Shown here in pieces: positions 24,601 through 36,983 of a stretch of DNA of 64,000 nucleotides (its first letter is position 1; each line of letters begins with the position of its first letter). This DNA comes from Phoronis australis (Eukaryota > Animalia > Phoronida). Below the pieces are notes generated by a model that was not told the DNA's origin, did no database searches, and saw only the letters and a program-made list of their open reading frames with translations. The stretch lies in contig NMRA01000080.1 in the NCBI GenBank assembly GCA_002633005.1, forward strand, positions 215,291 through 279,290, in the 5' to 3' direction. Made by a program: the position numbers and the translations under genes.

Positions 24601-27600
24601 ATATGCTCAGCAATTTCTCTAACTTTCATATTGATTGTTTGACCCAAACCCATAATTGATTTATTGTATCTTGAAACTAGCTCTTCCCAATATGGGACTT
24701 TAACGCAGACTGTAAAATTCTTTTGCAGTCTAGTCTACATATTGATGGCCATCTTGTTCATTATTGCGTGGCCTATTTCCAAACTACTGGACGTCTTGCT
24801 GGGTAAAGATCACACCACATTCTTTCGTCGTGCTGAACTCAAGGCCTTGGTGGACCTTCATGGACCGCAGGAAACACCAGACAGCGAACACCCAGACAAC
24901 AATGAAGAAAAACTGACAGTTGATGAAGTTCTGATTATAAAGGTTTGACTTTGTCGTACGGGTTCTGTCGCACCAAGGCAGGTCTCGTTGCCATCTAGAA
25001 AATGGGGCAAGTCAAGTGAGAATCCACCAATCACAAACTCCGATGAGGTCAGAGCTCGAAATAAGCAAGCAAATGCATGAAAATACAATGGAAAAAGTAA
25101 AATATGAGTTAAAAGTTTGCCGCACTCGTGTGGGCGCCGAGTTGACATCGGAATTTATATTTTTAATTGTTTTTTTTTTTGGTCGTCACTTTTTAAGACA
25201 CAAAAATCTAGGAATACAAGCGGTGGCAAATATGCTGTCATTTGTATTTTCAAGCAGACATTTCTCCCTGTGTTGATTGCTGACATGGTGTCACTTTTGA
25301 GTGGTGACATGGTGTCACTTTTGAGTGGTGACAGGGTTCTCACTTTTGAGGTATTTTTTACGAAAGTTGTTCATTTCCACCCATCCACAGCCCATTTCTT
25401 GAATCGGGTCAGATGTTTGGTGTGTCAGTGTGTTATCGTTAGCTACCGATTGTGATCAGTTTGTCAAAGAAAGTTACTTACTGTTAATTTTTTGTTGTGT
25501 CTGTGTTTGATGTTAATATTCAGTTGCAGAATAGTTCCACGTACAGAACTGGGTGTACTCAAAATCACAACTAGATAATTTAATTTTTTGCACCAGATCT
25601 GCAGGTTCAACTCAATCCAGTCAAAATGCATTCAAAACAAAATTGTTGGATTTCCAGTATTGACAGGCTACCCAGTAATGGGAGTCAAAGATTGTGTTGT
25701 TATCAAATAATGCTATCCCTTTTGAATATTTTTTGTGTCTGAAAATCTTATTTTGGTTTCATTTTTTAAATCTCTTTAGTTTAACAACATGATAACTTTT
25801 TTAGTTGTAGTAAGATTCCAAATGTTGTCATTCTTGATTCATGTGCTAGGTTTTAGGATTCAGCATTTACACACTGATATCCCTGTAGAAGTGTCTATTG
25901 TTTAACTAGTGTGTTCATTGTAAATTTAGGGTGCACTGGAAATGAGAGACAAGACAGCTCGTACGGCAATGGTTCCAATTGAGAGCGTGTTCATGCTAGA
26001 TATTGAAGCAAGACTAGATGAAGAGACTATGAATCTGGTAAAGGTTATGCCTAGTAATTAATAAGTCAATCAAATTTATCATTTTCAAAATGAAAACATT
26101 GTCTGGATTCAAATAAATGTCTCATAGTGTTCTAACCGTGATTTAAGTTGAGTGTGGTGGGAACGACAGGATTTTGTATGTTGAGCGTGTTGGGAATGAG
26201 AGGATGGTATTGATTGCAGTGTTTGGTTATGTCCCAAGGGAGAGACTATATTCTTGCTTTATTTTTGTGAATAATTAGATCGTAGGTAATAAATTTAACA
26301 ACTTTTTGAAGATTTAGACTGCAGTGGAAGAATTTAGCTCTAGTGACTTGACATTTACCAAAGTTTGAGACCACTTTTAAAAATTTCTGCGGTCACAACT
26401 AATTTGACCATATATCAAAAATTGAACATGGGGTTACAATGTAATTGTGGTGGTCAAATTTTAAGCATTGGGACTTAAACTTTAAGTATATCAGTGTATA
26501 AAACTCAAAAAAAAATTCTGTGAGAATGCTGCATCCCAGATAATATGTGTCCCCAAAAAATATGTGTCGCCACTCATATGCTCTTGGTTCCCCCTACAAA
26601 TATGTCTCGTCACTCGTATGCTCTTGGTTACCCATACAAATATTACTCGCTATTCGTATTTTCTTGGTTCCCGTAGAAATATGTCTTGCCACTCATATGC
26701 TCTTGGTTCCCCATACAAATATGTCTTGCCACTCGTATGCTCTTGGTTCCCCATACAAATATGTCTCGCCACTCGTATGCTCTCGACACAGCCTTGAACA
26801 TTTTACAATATGAAGTACCTACATTCCTGGCCCGTTCTCATTATGATGAGATCGCTCTAGTTTGGGACTCAGTATGGCACACGTCAAATGAAATTTCACC
26901 CTTTAGTTTCCACTTTTTTCATATTTATCAGTTCTGTATCATAGTTACTGTCAGAGTTTGTTTTGAGGAAGTGTAGACATCTACAACAATTTACGAAGCG
27001 TTTAAAAAATGAGAAATTATCCTTCAGTTTTGACAATGACTTTTGTCCAAAATTGGTAAAATTTTACTGTATATATTGATAAAAATTATATTAGTCTTTC
27101 ACATCTGAATTATTGCAGTCTAATCAGGAACATTCTAAGTAGCTCAGGACTGCATCAGTAGAATTATAACCAGTTAGTAGAGGCAGCGTCACTATCGGTA
27201 TTTGTTTTTAGTTCTGTTCTTCATCTTGTTCATCATGGTGAATGGTGAGAAGCCAATCATTGGCAAGTTAAATCAAGAGCACCAACTTCTTTCTGTTTCA
27301 GTTACTGCAACAAAGTCATTCCCGAGTGCCTATATTCGAAGGTGACCGGGCCACCATCGTAGGATTGCTGCTCGTCAAACTGCTTATTAAGCTCGACCCA
27401 GATGATGCTGTTCCCATCAGACAGTTGCTGGAAACCAAGGCATTTAGGAAAGTGACTATAGTGAATGATACTCTGCCGTTGTACGACTTATTGAACCAGC
27501 TGCAAACAGGAAATGGTAAGAATTCACGGTGATTAATCATTATCATAAAAGAATAATTGCGTTTATGCTTTGACATCTTCACTCTGATAACGTCTGTTTG

Positions 27601-30517
27601 TTGGTGAAAGACACCGTTCTCTTGGGGGTGGAATGTAAGTGAAATTTATAACGTTGCTGGTTGTGTCTGTACACCAGTATTTAATTAACGCATGGATGGT
27701 GCAACAAAATTTCACCAATTTGGACAATACTTGCCATACTGGACATTTTTAATTTTCCTGAGGCTTCAAACAATGTTGGGATTGCTCACAATTTCTCTAA
27801 TCTGATTTTAGCTGTTATATGTTGTTAAAGGTTAGACGAATTAGTAAAGTTTCACTTCCTTACCAAAGTGTGGTCCAAATTGGTGAGATTTTACTTTGCT
27901 ATCCAACAGAGGGAGTTGTATGGCAATACCAAGAGAAAACACTAAACATTCAAATACATTCAAATACATTAAGATACAGGAGACTCCAATTCCATCAAAA
28001 GGAGTGGTGTTAACTTTTGTTACAGTGTTAAAGCTGTGTTTCCTACCGATTTTAATTTCTGTGCCATCAAGAGATATGGTAACTGAGCCTGTAAAACAGG
28101 GCTCAAGACTTCTTTGCTGTGGCAGCACCGAATTGAATCTTCTGTTTGAGCTGTTATGATCCGCAACTGAACTGGAGCTGGTATTGACAGCATATTTATT
28201 TTGGATGTAATTTTGAAGGTATCAATACCATATTAACTATTTGCCAAAGTATTTCATCCATAAATGTTCTAGAGACCAGATTATTCCCAGGTATTCAGAA
28301 TTTCAATGTATCTCCTATAATTATAGTGAGTAATTATTGTTAGGATCACTGAACTGTCCTGCTGGTGCACCTATCATTCATGTCCTGTTTCGTTGCGTTC
28401 CGTTACTGTTACGGTTTACTGTTACTCACAGTTATAGACTGTATAGTAAGACACCTTAAATGTTGACTATGCAATATGACATCTCCATTACAGTTTGAAA
28501 AGTAGCTGTATCACAGACCCTCTGGACTTAACAGACTGAAACTCTGTTTTTGTCAGGCGTTAAAATGTTCTATCGTCTCATATGTTGTGTGTCTCAACAA
28601 TAGCTAAGTGATCAACCGAAGTGCCCCCTCGTGATTCCCTCTTAAACCAATGGTTGCTTACAATTACATCTGATCTCCCTTGGTTGTTATGTTATAGCTC
28701 ACTTGTGTATGGTGAGGGATACAACAGCTACAGATGGCAGTGACCTGGACAACAAGGTGAGACTACTCCAGTGTCATGTAAAATAAGACATGTTGTATAC
28801 TGACCCCTTGGTTGAAGACGGCTGTTCTTACACTGTGTAGCATTCAAATTTGGTTGAGGAAACATTGAAACTAAGGTGCCCAGAAGATTGAAAAATGAGA
28901 CTTAGATTACATATAGAAAACAAGAAAAGGAATTTATGTTTTCCCACACTGACTGAGAACTCTGACACTTATCGTGTCGGCATGGAATGGAAATCATCGA
29001 GATATTGCTAAAACCAGCCCTCTGGTGGGTAGAAATCAACCATGATTAGAGTGACGAGATGAGCTGAGTTTTTAGTATTTGGAAACTAAAATTTATCATT
29101 TTGGGGTGTATCATGCCGTCTTTTGATTTCAATAAAAAATTTTAAAGAATTAAACTGGTCTGGGAAAAATATTGGAAAAAGTGCAAGTTTTTCATTTGCT
29201 AAATACAGATTTTGCTTTCACTTGCAAAAAATGCTTTTTAATGTGCAAGTTACTGGTATTTGCTAAATGAGTGGGCAGCCCTGTTATGTTGAGTATAGTG
29301 TTTACTTAGCCTAGAGTATGTGGCAAAAATCAAAATATATTGTAAGTCTTGTAACAATTACTCTATCAGTTTTGTTGTGCGTTTGTGTTTTTACAACATA
29401 CATGATTCATGTGCCATTACCTATTATGTGCCCTTGTATTTAAAAAAAGGCATATTGTTGTCATCTCTGTCCTGGCATCCGGCATGCAGTGCTGTATCTC
29501 TTTAACCCCTGGTAGTTTTGTATTAAAGAGAGGTTGACAACTCTTCCCAATTTCAAGCAGGTTTGGCATGCTTTGTGTTTCTAGCAAATGGCCATTTTTG
29601 TGGTACTAAAACACCTCTAGAAGCAAACCATTTGTGCCACAGTCGTGCGCACATTTCAATGCTTGTGCGTGTCTCTTGTAGTAGAATGGGCTGTATTGAA
29701 CGCCGACATTTTTTTAAATACATTGAGGTGATGAGTGATTTCACATTTAAAATGATATTATGGACCGAGTGGAGTTCAGTGATTTCATGAGACTATATTT
29801 ACCACTGTAACTTTGATATATTGTATTTTGAAATTGACCTATTAAATTGTTCCCGCATGAACAACTATAACAAAAGGAATGAAAATTCATGTGGTATGAA
29901 CAGGGAACTCAATTTGTTTGAGTGAAGTGGTTCGTTCCTGTTTCTGCCAGACTGTAATGTTATCATCATGTCTTTTACAGTTTGTTGGTATCATAACATT
30001 AGAGGATGTCATAGAGGAACTTATACAAGAGGAAATCATAGATGAGACTGATATTTTTGTCGACGTTCATCGCCGTGTTCAAGTTGCCAGAGCGAGGTTG
30101 GCTAGAAATCCTAGTCTTACAGTGCAATATAATGTAAGTGCCAACATGCTGGACGGAAATTTATAAAGCAATTTTCAAGCCAGAAAACCGCAAACCAAGC
30201 CTTCTTTCCTAGTTTGGCTATAACAGGTGTTTTTGTTCCTTGTTTTGAAATATTTTAAATTCATTTTAAATATGAGTGTTGTCAGTTCAGTATGCGTTTT
30301 ATCAGGTAGTGAAATATATTTTCGCTACATTATCAATGTCTTGTTCCAGGATGTGCTCAAAAGGTGTCATTCCTACAATCCGGATGACCCACAACAAACG
30401 TCTCCGAAACGTCGGGCAAGAGAGCAGGCATTGCCCGCTACCCGCACCAGGGCAGCGACCTCTAGTGGCGTACTTGTTGATGTTGATGTTCACGATGACA
30501 CTCCTCTTCTCAGTTGA
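18642..30517 (+). CDS. CNNM: CNNM/DUF21 + CBS-pair divalent-metal transporter family protein, short form (about 466 aa)
   Basis: Exons 18642-18807, 23120-23378, 23792-23851, 24729-24942, 25930-26037, 27302-27515, 28698-28756, 29981-30133, 30350-30517. All GT-AG and phase-consistent; 1401 nt. Motifs: [85 protein letters not shown]. Confidence 0.93.
19828..20055 (-). mobile_element. HINE/DINE-like repeat fragment, copy D (reverse)
   Basis: Reverse complement of the module at 3860-4050 (GCGCCATCTAGTGGCCAT, TTTTCATAAAATTTGG). Confidence 0.6.
20095..20182 (-). mobile_element. tRNA-derived SINE head / tRNA pseudogene (Ala-like)
   Basis: Minus strand: GGTCCTCAGTAACTCAGTGGTGAGAGCA (A box), anticodon arm CTAGA-CCGGCAA-TCTAG, GGTTCGATTCC (B box). 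The acceptor stem is imperfect and there is no conserved U33. Confidence 0.65.
20200..21740 (-). mobile_element. Truncated Gypsy/Ty3 LTR retrotransposon: 5' LTR, tRNA-Pro-like PBS and degenerate gag
   Basis: LTR 21740-21100 bounded TGTAACG...CCGTAACA, followed by TTGGGGGCCAAGCCAGGA (degenerate Pro PBS). gag ORF 20770-20393 ([16 protein letters not shown], coiled coil) continues after frameshifts as [33 protein letters not shown]. Confidence 0.8.
26558..26785. repeat. 40-bp minisatellite, about 5.7 copies, CNNM intron 5
   Basis: Unit AAATATGTCTCGCCACTCGTATGCTCTTGGTTCCCCATAC repeated head to tail with few substitutions. Confidence 0.9.
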
Positions 30518-30528
30518 AGGTTATTTTG

Positions 30529-30612
30529 CATGTATGTATGTATGTATCTATGTTTGTTTGTATGTATGTATCTATGTATTATATACATGTATGTATGTAT
30601 TTATGAATGAAT
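30529..30612. repeat. (TATG)n microsatellite just after the CNNM stop codon
   Basis: Direct reading of the sequence. Confidence 0.9.
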
Positions 30613-31536
30613 GCATTGTGGGTTATTCTGGCCTGAGCTTTATGCTGTGAAGTCCTGTTCAATGACTTTTTTACTGGTTCAAGACCCATTATTGAGTTTG
30701 CTATTGGTTCTCAGTAGCAGCACAGCTGCACGAGTGTGATTCAGCAGCCATTAATTTAGGGCAAAATAGGGCTAATTGCTTGTGAAATTCTTCAATGTGC
30801 TTGTATTTAAACAACAGCTGCTTTCTATTCAATTTTGTACAGCGTTTAGCTATTTAAAAATAAAATAGATTTTCAGCAGTTCTGGGAACTACTTTTTTCT
30901 TTAAAGCAACTTACTATAAGTCCATGTTCCATCCAGAAAGTGAACTTTTCCACTTACACCACTAACCACTGTAAATTCAATTAGTCTCAGCACCTTCTTT
31001 CATAGCCTGATGTGAAGTGATATCTGGGTTTACGAAGAACTGACAGTTTTTGTACTCCTGAAACCATGCTCGGTGCACAAAACAATGGGCCGTGACAAGC
31101 CAACTTGTAGAGTCTGGTCTTAAGCAATTATGAACTGCCAGTTCTTTTGAAGCCTTCAACTCACCTCCAATTTGACTAAGGAGCAATTTTCAGACCCAAT
31201 TTCATAACTGTTTGCAACTCTAAATCAGAAGTTGACTTTGGCAATGAGAGGTTTATAGCCACTTGAAAGTGACTTAAGGAATCAACTGAGAAACATTCCA
31301 AATGTCTGGGATTTGTGGCCCAGAGTTGTTGACTTTTTTCTGTGCTGTTATTCACGAATTGATGCGAATAAGGTGGTTGAGGCTGTGAAGTGTTGTAAAA
31401 GCTATTTACTGTGCAATTTATATAACTGTAGACATGTTATGATTGCCTATTCATATTTACTCCCATATTTAACATTTTACATCACATTAATGTAGCTATT
31501 GTATGAGACTATTATGGTAACCATTTAAAGGATGGA

Positions 31537-31542
31537 AATAAA
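31537..31542 (+). terminator. Candidate polyadenylation signal of the CNNM-like gene
   Basis: AATAAA followed about 20 nt later by a T/GT-rich tract; another AATAAA lies at about 30859. Confidence 0.45.
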
Positions 31543-31989
31543 TATAATTAGAAAAAAATTGTTTTTGTTGATTTTTTGGACATCTGTAACCTAGTGTGGA
31601 GTGAGGTTTTACTATTAGTTATCAGCAAAACAAAAGACTGTAAGCCATACCTCCTTTGCATTACCTTTGCAGGGATTCCTTCTTCAGTATGTTCTTACTG
31701 GGAGTTGGGTTTATAACATTAGCGATTGTAGTAATTTCGGGCTTTTGTAGCACTTTTTAGAAAACGCAAGTTTGTAATTTTTTAAAGAAATGACAAAGTG
31801 CAGTCAAGTGACTGCTGTAGCCTTTTCAATGAGATAATCACCTTGAATTTCAGTGTTGTTAAAAGTGCACCCTGGAAGGAAAAGTTTGGATAAGCTTGAG
31901 GCATACCTTTAAAAAATACATTGCAGGATGCTCGTGAGGGCCCAATGATCACACAGAACCACTTTTTATGCTATATTGGTATGTAGTTA

Positions 31990-32118
31990 AAACTGAGCCG
32001 AGGAGCTAGAGACCTGACTCAAGGGTCTACCAGTGTGCTACAGTGGTATTCGAACCCAAGACCTTGAGTAAAGCGAGCGGACACATGCGTATCCCACTTG
32101 GCCACACTGCCTCCTCTA
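31990..32118 (-). mobile_element. tRNA-derived SINE, same family as 13747
   Basis: Minus strand AGAGGAGGCAGTGTGGCCAAGTGG ... GGGTTCGAATACC ... CCCTTGAG. Confidence 0.65.
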
Positions 32119-32890
32119 GGCATACTATTGGCGAAGTATTGTATTGTGTGAAGACGTCCATCTCGGTGTAGAATATCTAAAGCGCTAGTGTTGTTTTACG
32201 GTACCCGTGGAGGAGGCGTTTATATCGTCTGGTAGTCATACGTATGCTGACTGAAAACACCAAGAATTGTGAAGATCATTCAAGAAGTCCTTTTGAGTTT
32301 TCTTGGTTCGTATTATGTACTCGGCATAAGTTCTTAAATGTTTCCTAATGGTTCCGAAGCCTACTATCGTACCAACTCTTAAAATCACCAGTCAATTGTT
32401 GAAAACAGTCGCGTGATTCAAATCGATTTCCACTAATAGGGGGAAACTTTATCGTACGCCTGTATCTGACAGGCCCGTAGCCGAGCCAGCATTGCGCGGG
32501 GGTGGTTCGAATTTCTAGAAAGGTGGACCTTTTGCAAACGTCGACACTCGAGTTTTCTGTAAGGCGCTTGAAGCTTAATTATGGGGAAGGGAAATCTGTA
32601 TCCATGGCAACTATGGCTCTCAGCTCTATGTTGCTGAATACGGAGTTTGTAATACCAGAAATGAGGATGTCGTGGCGGTTGCTCACAAAAACGGACTCAA
32701 GTCATGATTCGGACGTAATGTGATCCATGAATATAGGCCTAGCGTTCTTCCAAACTTTCAAATCGGGCTTTTTTAATGAGTGATTACACTTTATTACATA
32801 CTCGGACGGTAATATTTAGTCGGAGAATGACTTAACGTAATTTTTCATCTGATTGTATTTTTGTTAAAAGTTGCTTTCATCGCTGGAAAT

Positions 32891-33441
32891 AGGAACAGCC
32901 CACCATTCCGAAGAATCACTATTCCGAAGGTTCACTTCTTCGAAGGTTCACCACTCCGAAGGTTCACTACTCCGAAAACCTGTAAAATTTCTGACTCAGG
33001 TGTAACTGTTATACTTTTACATGCAAAAATAAGCTACACTTAGGTTATTAGATGCAACTACAGTTGTATACGTCTTCACGAAGTCTCATTCAGTCTTCTT
33101 AAATTTAAAACCGCCGTTGGTCGCATCATTTCGGACCTGTACCCCAGATGTTCTCCCTAATTGAGAATGTGTCTTTCGTTAAATTCATGAATACCGATTG
33201 CCAGTGGATTAGAACTGAGCTCTTTTGTAAACAATGTAAATCATTTTTGGGACTATTCAACTCTTGCACACCCTTTAAATGATTACTAAATAGACACAAA
33301 TACGACACTTTATTCATGTCAGTTCTGAATCATTAGTAGAAAATCAGAGTAATGAACTGTCGGAGTTCTGGTTTCGGAATTGTGGACATTTGAAGTAGTG
33401 AACTTCCGAAGGTAGCGAACCTTCGGAGTAGTGAACCTTCC
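32891..33441. mobile_element. Foldback-like element with inverted arrays of 16-bp sub-terminal repeats
   Basis: About 5 tandem CCGAAGGTTCACTACT units at 32900-32977, and their reverse complement (TTCGGAGTAGTGAACC) at 33361-33441. Confidence 0.7.
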
Positions 33442-34849
33442 TTGTAGCCTTGGAAATCTTTAACATCAAGATTGTTGCTCATATGAAATCCGCGAGGCTG
33501 TGCACCATTGACATTGGTCGACAAGAGGAGACTTTCTTCATTGATCAACGTTTTAATTAGGTTTAGACTTACCTAATAATGTGAACATTCGGGGATTTCT
33601 CGGTGCAGAAAACGCGGAAGCTAAATGTCTGATTTTTGAGAAACGACAGAGTAGTCGGCGTGTACTGAATTTAAAAGAACGGAAACGCACACACGTGTAC
33701 ACGCATGCATGTCAATCCACCAAACCACAATCAAAGTGGACACTGGATGAACAACATATTTGACGATCACTTTCAATTCGAAATTTGAAAATGCCTGCAC
33801 TTCATCCTAACTATGCTAGAAAGTACACCAAAGTAGCAAATAACAAACCCATTTTCCGTTGTTTTGTTTTATGGTCGATCTTAAGGCATTCACACCGCAC
33901 TACTTTTGGCTTGGGCAGCTCTCTCAATGCTATATGGTTTGGGATAGGTATAGACATTTATTTCTAGACTTCCAGTGTTACCCCATATGGTGACGCAGAG
34001 ACCACGCGCTTTCAATGCCGATGAATCTTCTAATCGTCATCTACATGTACGCAGTCAGCACTTGGGCCGGATACGACCCGATGATTATGTGAAGCGTTTT
34101 ACATCAGAAGTAAATTCAAAATTAATATTAACTTGCTTATGATTGTGGTTGGTAAAACTAGTAGGTACAACAATTTTGTTGCCCATATAAATCATATCTT
34201 ATCCTATCGGATAGGCTAGGGCTGAACCTTTTTATCGGATGGGGGGTTCGATCGAACCCCCCGAACCCCCCACCCCTGGCTACGGGCCTGTATCATAAGC
34301 TGGGTCATNGACGACTGTGAATTACAAAGAATTTGTAAATTTTTCAATTCTCGACCAATCTGAAAATTTACAAATTCTTTGTAATTCACAGTCGTCACTA
34401 TAGTGGAAACAAGACATTGACCCATTTAATCTATTTTTCACCCACAGAGAAATTCACGTCCAAACACATTTCCGGATTGTGATTTTTTTTTTGTTTTGAG
34501 TGCCAACTTTCAATAACTGCTCATTGTGGGTTTTATGCGAAAAAAATAATCGGGGGATCACCACGGAAACAAGTAGCTCGCTTTTTGGTGCAATTACTTG
34601 TGTATTTCATTTTTCTCACGTATTAGCAGTTTCTACATGTCATTTAATTGTTTTTATGTCTCTATTTTAGTGTCATCATTTGTGTTTTGTCTGTGTACTC
34701 AGAAATAAAGTCAATCAAGTCGTTTTTTTCTTTTTACCCACGTAGCGCTCATAACGTATGGCTTTATCGCTAGTGTATCGCTAAAATAGGAACATTCGAA
34801 AAAAATGCCTGAATGTAGCGCTTTTGTACTTTCAAAAAACTTGAATATA

Positions 34850-35175
34850 AAACTGCATTTAGCCCTATTCAGCGAAAATCTAATTAGACCTTTTACTCTC
34901 ATAAAATCGGTCTCATGATATTCCTGACCGCCATAGGAATTCTATTTCCTTTACGAACAAGAAACTTCGAAACCTTATCTTACTCAAGAAAACGCTTCAA
35001 AATTTATTGTGGTAGGCCAACCCTAAAATTCCGAATTCGAAAATGGCGGTTGTACGCTTTACCGTGACTTGATTTGGTAATGGAATTACACCCCAATGCT
35101 GTAAGGAATATTATGAGACCGATTTTATGAGAAAAGGGCAACATTTAATTTTCGTTCTAGCTAACTAAATATAGT
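34850..35175. mobile_element. MITE family with CTCATAAAATCGGTCTCATAATATTCC inverted arms
   Basis: Inverted copies at 34897 and 35105; further copies or fragments at 35700-35880, 37500-37700, 39990-40340 and 56350-56690. Confidence 0.65.
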
Positions 35176-36653
35176 CATAAACATGCGCGACGCCGCGCAC
35201 CCAGCCTTCAATATGGGGGGCTCGAATTCCTAACGTTGTGGACCTTTTGGTAACAAAATAGCCGGCGGACTAAAAAATAAGGGGGCGCACCACTGTGAAT
35301 TGCGCGTTTGTGCTTGTTTAGTGGACTTTTGTCTCATTTTCTCGGACTTTTTGTCTCTTACAGACGGACCTTTTTGCCCACTTCGCCAAATGGGGGCTCA
35401 TTCGAGCCCCCCGAGCCCTCCCTCCCCCTGGGTGCGCGCATGGTAAAAGGCATCTTTAATTTGGGAAACCGGTAATGGTCGGATATAACATGCCCGCATT
35501 TTGGGAACCAGTTTTCCTCAATAAATAACGGGTAATAACTGGTTCTCAAAATATGGGCACGTTACATACGCACACCCAGCCTAAAATAAAGGGGGACTCG
35601 AATTTTCCCGTATGCGGACCTCCCCCTGGGTGCGCCCATGCGGGCTACTATTGCCATGAAACCTCTAGATTTGACAACATAGGTTGTTTGGTTAGAATGA
35701 TGCTGCATTTTGCCCTGTTTAGCTGGCTAAACACGGAAGTCGACTTTTACTTTCAGAGTGTTCTCATAATATTCCGTACGGTGAGAGGATTCTATTTCGC
35801 CGGCATTACCAAGATCATTGAAACCATTGGTGACTCGAGAAAACGCTTCAGAGTTTATTGGGGTTGACCAAGACTAAAGCTGTGATAGCATTGCCTCTGC
35901 TGTGACTAATTGCCGGCTAATTTGGTAGCAATTCGGGATCGGAGGAACGTAGTAAAGATTTTAAACCCCAAATCGCTTCGGTTAGGAATTCAATATTGAC
36001 AACAAAACGGCGGCGAAATGCGTAGTAAAGTTCAGCACCGTACTTTTCATTAATGTCGGACTTTTACATGTAATAGCTGAACAGCAACTGAAAGTACGAG
36101 CTTAATTTGCTTGCAACACAAATTTTCGTCTCCAAACGTTTCCAGCAACGTAAATTCGTGCCTGGCAATTTAGCATGCGTTGGACACAATAACAAATGCT
36201 TTTGATCGCCGACCATTTATTGGAATTCTCGGAATTTTCAAAACCAAATGCTTAATAATCGACTTAGCTGTTTTAAATGTTTCTCAATGTTAAATTTTCA
36301 AATTTCAAAGAATTTTGAATGACTCCAATAACGATTTTAAATTCATTAGTCAATGTCGCACGACTAATAAAACAACCAACACATAGAACAAATTCATGGG
36401 CGGCGCACCCTAGGGTTCTTTAGGGTTATGGTAAGCCAGTTATTTCAGTGCTGCGCCGCCCATGCAAGTAGCACAATTTTACATTGGCGATACAATATTG
36501 TATATCCTTCCCGTCCACCGACCGACGGTGAGTTATATAGAGGCTAGTCACGACTCCAGCGCATCAGACGATGTCTGACCTCTTTCAAAAACACGCGACA
36601 CGTGCACAACTCCTTTGTCCAGTGCTCTAGCCTCTAGGCGAGTCACGTGGTCA

Positions 36654-36851
36654 TCATGCTAGCCGCTGGGCGTTACATAAGTTGTAGTAACTTCCCTGCT
36701 TAGCCAAGAGCTCTTGGTGGGTACCCTGCTCAGCGATCACACCGTTCTCCACCACAGCGATAGAGTCGGCGTTCTGTATCGTGGACAGTCGGTGCGCGAT
36801 GATCAGACACGTGCGACCTGCCCGCGCCTTATCTAAGGCGACTTGAACAAT
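36654..36851 (-). CDS. ABCB1: Duplicate copy of the ABCB1-like terminal exon
   Basis: [29 protein letters not shown]..., same peptide as 38473-38670 with synonymous differences; probably allelic. Confidence 0.6.
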   Translation of the reverse strand: MVQVALDKARAGRTCLIIAHRLSTIQNADSIAVVENGVIAEQGTHQELLAKQGSYYNLCNAQRLA

Positions 36852-36941
36852 CTGCAAGAGAAATGAGGTGTAGGATTTATGTAGTTTTGCAATTTTTAAC
36901 ATTCACAGAAGGTTAAAACGACCTTAGTGTCGTCACGGCCA

Positions 36942-36983
36942 NNNNNNNNNNNNNNNNNNNNNNNNNNNNNNNNNNNNNNNNNN
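36942..36983. other. Assembly gap (42 N)
   Basis: Run of N between the two duplicated blocks. Confidence 1.

Noticed and set aside
26558-26785. Regular 40-bp periodicity resembling a CRISPR array
   Set aside because: Units are contiguous with no unique spacers, there are no cas genes, and it lies in a eukaryotic intron: an ordinary minisatellite.
32470-34291. Single 1.8-kb transposon bounded by CAGGCCCGTAGCC / GGCTACGGGCCTG
   Set aside because: No matching TSD and no transposase ORF; more likely two separate MITE halves.
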